A DNA stretch of 64,000 nt, taken from the NCBI GenBank assembly GCA_964016885.1, contig CAXHJY010000593.1, forward strand, positions 62,001-126,000. The letters are read 5' to 3'. Position numbers and translations under genes: made by a program. Every line of letters begins with the position of its first letter. The stretch's first letter is position 1. The notes beneath the pieces were generated by a model. That model saw only the letters and a list, made by a program, of their open reading frames with translations, made no database searches and was not told the origin of the DNA. Source of the stretch: Eledone cirrhosa. Its lineage: Eukaryota. Shown piece after piece: positions 50,915 to 64,000 of this stretch.

Positions 50915-51149
50915 ATAAATAGAGAGAGGAGACTGAAGCTGATTATTGGGTTTGATTGCATATTGATTAAGGTTATTTTGACTTTTTGGTTTTAGAGAAA
51001 TTGTTGTGATAGTCATCAATGCTGTTCTCATTAATATCTCCTGGTATCTATTTTATCTGATGTTGCTCAGTCAGTTACAACTGTTGCTACATTAACAGTA
51101 TTGCAGATATGATGTATCTGAATGTAATGTCATAATTACTGTATTTAGT

Positions 51150-51375
51150 AGGGTGATGAATTGGCAGAATCGGTAGAGGGTTGAACACTCTGCTTCACGG
51201 CATAGTTACGGCCCTTTACATTCTGAGTTCAAATCTCGCTGAGGTTAACTTTGCTTTTCATCCTAATGGGAGTGGATAAAATAAAGTACCAGTCATGCAG
51301 TGGTTCGATTTAATCGACTCCATCACCCCTCAAAAAAAAATTGTTGGCCTTGTGCCTAAAGTCGAAATAATAGTT
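51150..51375 (+). mobile_element. SINE S2 (long variant)
   Basis: tggcagaatcgg A-box-like, gagttcaaatc B-box, S2 core. Confidence 0.8.
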
Positions 51376-51779
51376 ACTATACTTTGTATATTACTCTCAC
51401 TTATATCACCATTATCATCATCTTGATTTTAAAAAAATTTAGTGTTTGTTTTTCATAAATGAGATTGCGGCCATCTATATGTAATAGATGGGTCTTCTAA
51501 ATTCAGTCATCACCAAACCAACTCTACAAACTCTATACTTATATTATTGTGTCCAAGCATAGGTATCCAATGTTTTAAAAAAAAGCACATGCTATATTTG
51601 ATATATAGCAATACTTATTAGAATGACAACAGGATGTAAAATAATTAGTTTGTGATTTTAATATACACTAGTTGGACTCCCGGAAATTCTATGGGGCACA
51701 GAAATGATTCCTCTTCACTATAAAGTCTAGACATAGGCATTCAGGAATGCAATATTATATCAATGAAAATATGACAACC

Positions 51780-52127
51780 TATCTTGTGCAAGCACCATAA
51801 TAAAATGCACCCATACCCTCTGTAAAGTGATAGTGTTGGTGCCACAAAAAATGCACCCAATATATTCTGTAAATGGTAGTGCTGGTGCCATAATAAAACC
51901 ACCCAGTAGACTCTGTAAAGTTGTGGTACTGGTACCTCAATAAAAGCTCCCTGTACACTCTATAAAATAGTTGGCATTAGGAAAGGTATCCACCCGTAGA
52001 AACCATGCCAAAATTTGGAACATATGTGTAAGACATGGTTCCTCAACAGTCCAGTCTAGTCTTGGACTGTGACAACCAATCCAACTTTTACCAGCATGGA
52101 AAGCAGACATAAAATGATGAAGATGAT
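51780..52127 (+). mobile_element. RTE-derived non-autonomous element with four tandem ~45-bp submodules
   Basis: gtgctggtgccataataaaa..cacccagtagactctgtaaagt-like unit x4, then gttggcattaggaaagg and a GAT tail. Confidence 0.65.
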
Positions 52128-52339
52128 TGCTGTCGACAATTTTTAATTATCAGCTAATTTGTCAGTATTCTTGATATGTGAGAGAACAATATATAATAAA
52201 AATAAAATTAAATCAATAAGAATTCATTTAAATGAATTTTATAGACAAAAGCAATATGTTTGGAACGTGACCAGCAAAGTTTTTACAATTGGAATAGAAA
52301 TAGGAGCATTGCCGTAACATTGACTACATAATATAGTCT

Positions 52340-52790
52340 AATAATTGTTTCTACTTTAGGCACAAGGCCAGCAATTACCCAGTACATTACTGGTACTTTA
52401 TTTTATCGACCCCGTAAGGATGAAAGGCAAAGTTAACCTCGGCGGGATTTGAACTCAGACTGTAAAGGGACGTAACTAATAATATAGTCTAATAATGGGA
52501 TATATAAACCCACTGAATGGAAGAAGATGGGAATCAGCTCCCATGTGTACTGATACCCATCTTTTAAGACAGTGGATTGGCAGTATCGGTAGAGCGCCGA
52601 ACAACATGCTTTGTGGCTTATAGTTACGGTTCTTTAAGTTCTGATTTCAAATCCTGCTGAGGTTAGCTTTGACTTTCATTCTTATAGGGTCGATACAATA
52701 AAGTACCAGTAATGAACCTGGGTTGATTTAATCGACTTTCCCCTCGCCTAAAATTGCTGGTCGTGTGCCTAAATCAGAAATCATTATGTA
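52340..52790. mobile_element. two SINE S2 copies (minus 52340-52478; plus ~52575-52790)
   Basis: S2 core on both strands; aatatagtctaataat duplicated around the minus-strand copy. Confidence 0.8.
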
Positions 52791-53542
52791 GTCAATGTTG
52801 TGGCAATGCTTCTATTTCTATTTCAATTCTAATTTTATTGAATTTTCACCAATTTCTATTGTATATTTTAAGTAAAGTAAACTCTCATATTTAAGGTTAT
52901 ATTATAATCTGACTTATCAAACTTCAAATCATTGAGGTACTACATGGATTTAAGTTTATTACAAATTTATTTTACTCAACAAGAATAAGATATCTTTATG
53001 AATAAAGAAAAATGTAATGTTGGTAATCATGGTAATAGTGATGATGATGATGCCACCAATAACACCACTGCTATAACAACTAACGTTACCACTACTATCT
53101 CTACCTTCTCTTTTTCTCTCTCCCTCTCTTTCTATTTCTCTCTCTTCCACCCTCTTTTCTCTCTTCTCTCTCTCTCCCTCCATTTACTGTTTTCATCATT
53201 ACTAACATTGCTGTCAGTGCCAATACTCTGATACCATGATTTACTTTGATTTAATTCCCCTAGTATGATGAATATCTTACATTAAAGATGCAAGCTTATT
53301 AATATTATGATTTGTATGCAGTAAGTGAAAAAGGAGTTGAAGAAATAAACTGTATGTTAGTGCAGTTTCTCACTATTATATATTATTATCTATACAATTA
53401 AGGCAGTCAGTTGGCACATCAATAATAGTGTTCTTCACTCTTCGTAGTACTAATCCAACTGAACACTACTTAATCTTTTATGCCAGCCTTGAAAATTACA
53501 ACGCAAATTCCTCATCTCCATTATTATTAGTATTATAAATAA

Positions 53543-54070
53543 AGGGCGATGAATTGGCAGTATTGGTAGAGCATCAGACAATTTGCTTTGCAGCATAGAG
53601 ATGCAGCGCTTTACGCTTTAAGTTCAAATCCCGCCAAGGTTAGCTTTGCCTTTCATCCTTACATTGGTCGATAAAATAAAGTACCAGTAACTCACTGGGG
53701 TGCATCTAAATCAGACACTATTATTATTATTATTAGGGCAGTGAATTACCTGTATTGTTAAAGCGTTGGATAAAATATTTTGCGGCATTTGTTTCTGCTC
53801 TTTGTGTACTGAGTTCAAATGCTGCCGCGGTTAGTTTTACCTTAGAGGGTCAATAAATTTTTTTTTGGCCTAAATCAGAAAGCATTATTAATTAGCAGTA
53901 TCGGTAGAGGGTCGGATGCCTTTCGAGCATAGTTACGTCCCTTTACAATCTGAGTTCAAATCCCGCCGAGGTTAACTTTGCCTTTCATCCTTACAGGGTC
54001 GATAAAATAAAGTACCAGTAATGCACTGGGTAATTGCTGGCCTTGTGCCTAAAGTAGAAACAATTATTAA
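53543..54070 (+). mobile_element. three tandem SINE S2 copies
   Basis: S2 heads at ~53545, ~53737 and ~53895, each ending in attatta. Confidence 0.8.
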
Positions 54071-54844
54071 TATATGATAAAGATGGAGGAAAAGTAAAAA
54101 ATAAATAAAAGGTTTTGATGAGAGAGGAAGTGAAAGAGAGAAGTTTTGATAAGAGGAGATGTGAGAGAAAAGTGTTGATGTCAGGGTAAGTGAGAAAGAG
54201 AGAGGTCAAAGAGTCGATGGAAAGAGGTAAAAGAAAGAGAGAAAGTGAGAGGGAACATTATTTATAGACAAATGCAATCAAATGAATGCACACATACATG
54301 TGATTTACTGAGAACTGCAACTGGGGATGTTATTGGTAGAGATAATGGTTTATGCAGGTGATGGTAGTTGTGGTAAGAAGAAGACTATAGTTTGCTTTTT
54401 TAGTAATATCTCATTTATTTTTTTAAATCGTCAGTTATTTAATGCATGTGCTTTAGTTGCAATTAACTGTCGTCTGCTAAAAAGAATATTTTACAAAGAA
54501 CTCAGTTTCCAGTTAGATTAACTTATTCAATGACAATTAATAAAGCACAGCCTGAAACATTTAATAAGATAGAGATTTACAGTGTTTAGTCATGAACAGT
54601 TATATGTTAAATTCTCTAGAGCTAGAAAATTAACTGATCTTTTTGTTAAGGTAGTTAATACCAATTAACAAGGGAAACAAAGAGGAAAAACTATTGTATA
54701 TAAGGAACTATTAAATTAATGTTATAAATTATGATAATGATAATTAATGGTTTAATAATTCAAATGATACAATGATGAAATAATAAATATGTCACAGTAA
54801 TTATTGCTGCCAATGACCGGGAAATTTCCTCAGGGCTATGCAAG

Positions 54845-55265
54845 AATGGAACTAGATGCATTGAATAATGACATTGGACCAATTCTCTAATGCGAAACAT
54901 AACAGTTGCATTGTCAGAGTTAAGGTCAGTGCTTTGAGACATGAAGGAAAGAAAGCTGTTCAAAGGGCCTGAGTTGCTAAGGTGCAGCATGGCAATGAAG
55001 CTACAATTTGGTTCTTGGCAGACTGAGATGGACATATGCTGCTCAATTCCAAGCAGATGTGTGCAGATTTTCGGTGGCATTTTGCATAGCTCTTCAGAAC
55101 AAGCAAGATGACGAACTACAGTTCCTTCCTCAACAATCTGCCATGGTTCTCGGTGACTGATGCAAAGGGCTGTGAAATGCCAATAACAGCATCCGAAATA
55201 TGGGAAGCCCTAAGTGGCTGGAAGGTGCAGATAGTCAAGTTTGGATGGTCTACCCTACGAGTTTG
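54845..55265 (+). pseudogene. degenerate L1/Tx1-type ORF2 fragment (EN-RT linker)
   Basis: Manual plus translation CIVRVK..LRHEG...D*DG..L....M...F..HFA*LF...FLNNLP...CEMPITASEIWEAL, then (frameshift) SSLDGLPYEF, resembling the KSPG.DGLP.EF motif. Confidence 0.7.
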
Positions 55266-56427
55266 AAAGAACTAAGTCAGATAGTCTTCTCTTTTTTTAC
55301 TTACTTAAAAATTCATCTATTTATTAATTTCAACCTTGTGGGTCTTATCTACTTTCTTTAAAATTTCAAATGCCTTCTAAAGTTTGGAAAAATAAAACAT
55401 TAAAATATTTAAGTGTACATTTATCTTCCTTACTAATAAATGCAACAGTTTTGTTTTTGTTAAATGAAGTTAATAATAAAACCATATTGGTACCTAGTAA
55501 AGGAATAATAAAAACATGTTGGTACCTAGTAAAGGAATCAATAGTGTTTAGCATTTGATAGAACTCTATCATTGAGATTGCAAGTTGTAAGGTTTAAAAA
55601 ACTAAGTCAAATAGTTTTCTTTTATTTACTTATTAATTTATTAATTTTGATCTTAACCCTTTAGTATTTAGACTTTTCTATATTTACTATTATATGTTCT
55701 CAATAAAGACTTTACCTTACATGATTATCTTACATAATATCGAATCTATGAGATTTTTATATTATTTATTTTGAGAACAATACCTTAACACCAGTATGAA
55801 TGGCTGGTTACAGCCAGTTTGAGCAGAGAGAGGTGAGAGAATTCCGGCTGGATACAGCCAGTTTAAATGCTAAAGGGTTAAATGTTCTCCAGATATTTTA
55901 TCTTGCAGTTCTTATCTACTTTATTTTTTGTCTAAAAATATTGAGTAATGGCAATACCCTGCATAGGTTAACTTAGGCTGGAAGATAGGAATAACTGAAA
56001 GAGGTTAATACTATTGATATTTGCTTTGAATCTTTCTTATGCTTTTGTTTGAAGGGGAAATCTAAGTAGAAAGGGTGTTTCAGTGAGTTGTATTCTTAGC
56101 AAAGAAGGTTAAGCAAAGTATTGTTTATAAAGATTTCTTTAAATCAGAAAGTGTCTAAAAACATGTGTATAGTGTCTTTACTAGTGGACAGGTTGTTAAA
56201 AAAACATTTGCAATATTAGTAGTTGGAAAAACTTCAATTCTTAATATGATGCAATTGTAGTGCTGAGTTATGCATTTCAAGAATGTTTTGCCAATGCATA
56301 TTTTGTGCTGCACAGAACATTAAGAATAATTTTCATATAAAAGATTTTGGAATATGTTGACTTTGAAAATGATTGTGTAGAAATGGTTTTAAGATAATTT
56401 ACATTTCATTATTTATCTTCGGAAGAA

Positions 56428-56556
56428 GGTCGGACGCCATGCTTTGACGCATAGAGTTATGGCCTTTACCTTTCATCCTTACGGGGTCGATAAAATAAAG
56501 TACCAGTAATGCGCTGGGTAATTGCTGACCTTGTGCCAAAAAGTAGAAACAATTAT
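56428..56556 (+). mobile_element. SINE S2, internally deleted
   Basis: S2 head joined directly to cctttcatccttacggggtcga. Confidence 0.75.
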
Positions 56557-57102
56557 TTATCTTTTATTTCATATTTTAAAAAATTGACTGATCCCATACA
56601 GGCATAGTGATAGCTTTCTTAATCAAATTAGAGTAATTGATTTTAGATAGTGGTTCATGTTAACCCTTTTGATACCAACCTGCCTGTAACTGTTCTGCTT
56701 TTATCATATAAAACTGACTGTTATAAAGTGTCTTTGATTATATTAAATGTTAATTTTATTTAAGATATTTTTTAAAAGGCCCTTCAACCTCCCCTGTGCA
56801 CTTGGTAGTGATGCAGATCCCTGGCCTGTCCTGGGAGATCTGTAGCCCCCACTTTAGTACTGACTGGTCCATGTAGATCCGTCCAGCCCTTGCTAACGGG
56901 GGAAAACAGATGTTAAAATGAGTTTATTTTTATTGGGTAATGATTCAAACAACTTTCTAGAAAAGGTTATTTAATTAAATTCTTCAAATTTTGAAAATTA
57001 ATTGATAATCATAAGCAGTTTATTTCATTAGAAATAAAGTAACAAGTGGGTTAAGGGGGTCTTAATTTTTAAAAAAATGATTAGTAATACTTGTAATTTA
57101 TA

Positions 57103-57352
57103 CTTCTTCTTCGTCTTCCTCTTGAGAGGATTATGGGGGCAGAGTCCACAAACACCCCTTCTAGCTGGTCCTATCAGAAGCAACTGTTTCCAACTGATCC
57201 AGCTTGACCCCCAAGCGAGATTAGTCATGCTCATGGATGTTATCCAAACATCTTGCTCGGGGTCATCCCTGGGTCTCCTCGCTGGCTGGTTTTGCCTGTA
57301 AAAATCTGTCCAGCGATTCTTTCCTGAAACATTCTAACCACATACCCATGGT
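57103..57352 (-). mobile_element. RTE family D 3' fragment
   Basis: Matches 41693-41945. Confidence 0.8.
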
Positions 57353-58499
57353 CTAAATCAAAGGTTCTCAATGGGGGGCGTTTTGGAGCAAGGGGTGTGT
57401 TTGAAGCTTTGGGGGGCGCTAAGGGGCACTGGAAGGCTATTTACTTAGGTAAGTTTTATAAGCCATATTTGTACGTCTCTGAGACAGCCAGTGTGAATGC
57501 ATTTGAATGAAGAAAACGAAGAAAATAAATAAAAGAAGCTTGTCAACGAATTCCCTGGGGATAGAATCAAAGAAATCAAGAAATGAAGATAAGAACAACA
57601 GAAACGACAAGAAAAGAAGCAATGATGATGAAAGGTGTGGGTGTATATACACATACATACATACAATCATACACACACATGCATACATACATACATACAC
57701 ATACATACACACAGAGGCCGGCGTTGGTGTTTGATGAGGTTGAGAACCTGGTCAGCTTTCAGCCAGAGCTGTGCTATTTAATCTCCCTAGGTAATAAAAT
57801 CTGGAGGCAAAATTTCTCCTTACAAAAAAAAACATAACATCACTTCCATACATACTTAAACTTATTAAAATGCATGTATATATACAAATGTATCCTCTCC
57901 TTTACCTTTTTCCCTTTCGCCTACCCCGAGGCAGCCCATCGGGCTTTTGCTAGCCGCAGTACCCTCACTCCAGTAAATTATATATAGCATTGGCCAAAAA
58001 CGCAATACCAACTAAATATAGCAGCTGTTTTAGACTCTAGAGATTTAACTATATCTCTTAACTAATCCATTTTATAATTTTATACTATTCTATTTACTAT
58101 CATATTTATTAATCATATCATAATCTCATTATAATCCATCTAGTCATCCCCCCCCCCCGCTCTATTTTCTCCAGAATCCTTTTTCCCCTGCTTCCTATCT
58201 AGCCTAATGTCATACACACTCCTTAGAATTTGCTGTATAGAATTCACTTTCAACGCTTGACCAGCTCCACCCACTCCTCATTGTTCTACAGGCAAGTTCA
58301 GCCACCACCACCTCCCACTGTCATGAAAGATTTAATGTTGTTTACAAGAAATTGTGACCAATCACTTTTAGACAACTGCAATCTTCCCATATAAGGAATT
58401 ACCCTTGAAAATTGCTCTATTTATTTACTACACTAGAATTTCTAATTATCAGAAATAGCCTTCGAAACTAGCCTTCACGCTGGTATCTAAACACTTTCC

Positions 58500-61970
<3,471 letters not shown>

Positions 61971-63331
61971 CAGTGGAGTTCAAGACCGGCTGCCCATGGG
62001 AACTCCTATACGCAGATGATCTAACGCTCATAGCTGAATCAATGGCCGAGCTAGAGAAGAAATTCCAAACATGGAAGCACGGCCTAGAATCAAAAGGCCT
62101 TAAAATTAACCTAGCTAAGACTAAAGTTCTAGTTTGTAAGAAAGAAAATAAGGCGGCGGTCCCCTCCGGGAAGTGGCCATGCGCAGAGTGTAGGAAAGGC
62201 GTAGGTAGAAATTCCTTTTGTGTCCAAATGCAAAGTTTGGGTGCATAAAAGATGTAGTGGGATCACAGGTAAGCTAACTAAGAACATAGATTTTACATGT
62301 GGCCGGTGTTCTGGGGATATAAGTAGCAGCAAGTGCCCACAAAATACTAGCTCTTTCAACTGCGCAGAGGGTTCTATAGAAATAGTGGACAGCTTCCGTT
62401 ACCTGGGTGACAAAATCAGCAGTGGGGGAGGGTGCTCTGAAAGTACAGTAGCTAGAGTCAGAACTGGGTGGAAAAAGTTCAGAGAGCTTATACCACTATT
62501 AGCCGCTAAAGGGTTCTCCCTAAAAATGAAAGGCAGGCTGTACGATGCCTGCATACGAACAGCAATGTTGCATGGCAGTGAGACCTGGGCATTGTGTGCA
62601 GAGGATATACGCAGACTAGAGAGAAACGAAGCTTGCATGCTCCGCTGGATGTGTAATAGTAATATACGTGAACGACAAAGCATAAACGAACTAAGGAAAA
62701 AATTAGAAATAAGAGGGATCAGATGTTGTTTACTAGAGAGAAGGCTACGTCGGTATGGTCACGTGATGCGCATGAAGGATGATAGCTGTATAACAAAGTG
62801 CAGGGCAATAAAGATAGACGGTAGCCACGGAATAGGCAGACCCAGAAAAACCTGGGACGAGCTGATAAACACCGACCTCACACACTTACACCTCACCAAG
62901 ACAATGTCACTGGACCGAGACCTTTGGCGGTACTCAGTAATAGAGAAGACCCGCCTTGCCAGTAGGCATCTCTAACAAAATACACCCCGTCCCACCACCA
63001 CAACCCCCACCCCATCCACACCACCCCGTTCTATGTAAAGTTATGTTGGTGCCGCGCCATCCAGGCTGAAACAAATGAGATCGTGTAGGTGTCACGACAA
63101 AAAAACACACAGTCCACGCTGTAATGTGGCCGTGTAGGCAACACGGTAAAAACCTCCCAGACCCACACTGTAAATGTGGTTGGTGTTAGGAAGGGCATCC
63201 AACTGTAGAAAACCTGCCAGACAGTCCTATGCGAGCGAGAAAATCACTCTTGCCTCAAGTGGGACTACCCCCGTCCAAACCCATGCAAGCGTGGAACACG
63301 GACGTTAAACGTTGATGATGATGATGATGAT
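61971..63331 (+). mobile_element. 5'-truncated RTE (subfamily B) inserted in (TA)n; frameshift near 62218
   Basis: [15 protein letters not shown]...WPCAEC / CKVWVHKRC...FRYLG...GRPRKTW; ~350-bp 3'UTR; (GAT)n tail. Confidence 0.95.
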
Positions 63332-63362
63332 ATATATGTATATATATATGTATATATATATG

Positions 63363-63413
<51 letters not shown>

Positions 63414-63428
63414 GTATATATATATATG

Positions 63429-63485
<57 letters not shown>

Positions 63486-63500
63486 GTATATATATATATG

Positions 63501-63569
<69 letters not shown>

Positions 63570-63578
63570 GTATATATG

Positions 63579-63610
<32 letters not shown>
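63331..63610. repeat. (TA)n/TATG array continuing after the RTE
   Basis: Seen directly. Confidence 0.95.
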
Positions 63611-63755
63611 GTAATAATAATGAAATTGAAGACTAAAATCTAGAGAGGGCTCGATAAGGAAAATATATATCAAATATATAAGAACCGAAGAGCAAATATT
63701 TATTAAAATAACAGATTAAAGTTTAAGCAAAGAATCGCTGCTTTCACCCTTAACG

Positions 63756-64000
63756 GGATCTTCTGAAACTAACAAAGTCAATCTGTAAACGCAGAACTGG
63801 ATATTTCAAAAAACGTTGCAACCGGAGGAAGACAGGAAGACGATACTTTGGTTCATGGTGACGTTCGCTGGCAAAGAACGGGTGCCAGCGAACGTCACCA
63901 TGAACCAAGGTATCGTCTTCCTGTCTTCCTCCGGTTGCAACGTTTTTTGAAATATCCAGTTCTGCGTTTACAGATTGACTTTGTTAGTTTCAGAAGATCC
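63756..64000. repeat. palindrome, arms of at least 118 bp with 9-bp spacer, running off the window end
   Basis: 63756-63873 versus 63883-64000, one mismatch; spacer aagaacggg. Confidence 0.95.

Noticed and set aside
54760-55080. 106-aa minus-strand ORF as a host exon
   Set aside because: Antisense to a decayed L1/Tx1-like ORF2 on the plus strand.
57355-57630. hAT-like terminus and K/N-rich ORF
   Set aside because: Single unpaired end; purine-rich biased sequence with no recognisable motif.

Overview
AT-rich, microsatellite-laden eukaryotic DNA with no recognisable host protein-coding gene. The repeat vocabulary (RTE LINEs with (GAT)n tails, tRNA/CORE-type SINEs, TTAA MITEs, very long (TA)n) is most consistent with an octopod cephalopod; this is inference from recalled repeat motifs, not a database result. 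Most ORF-track entries are microsatellite or antisense artefacts. Real coding sequence is all transposon-derived. It comprises a near-intact RTE LINE (46916-49984: APE endonuclease, RT and an inserted C4HC3 PHD-like finger, with one premature TGA), several truncated RTE copies, a Tx1/L1-like relic, and a Penelope-type GIY-YIG endonuclease C-terminus. The GIY-YIG lies in both arms of a 1.76-kb palindrome (44625-46381) that carries a minimal hammerhead ribozyme in each arm. The most striking pattern is a set of Penelope-like fold-back hairpins with hammerhead or hammerhead-like motifs, nearly all in (TA)n tracts (about 4.4, 11.7, 30.5, 44.3, 44.6-46.4 and 63.8 kb). Other notable items are a twin-primed (5'-inverted) RTE with a 16-bp TSD, a chimeric CORE-SINE sharing its 3' end with the full-length RTE, and a Helitron and a SINE inserted at the same site of two MITE copies. 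Boundaries of degenerate repeats are approximate and were read by eye.
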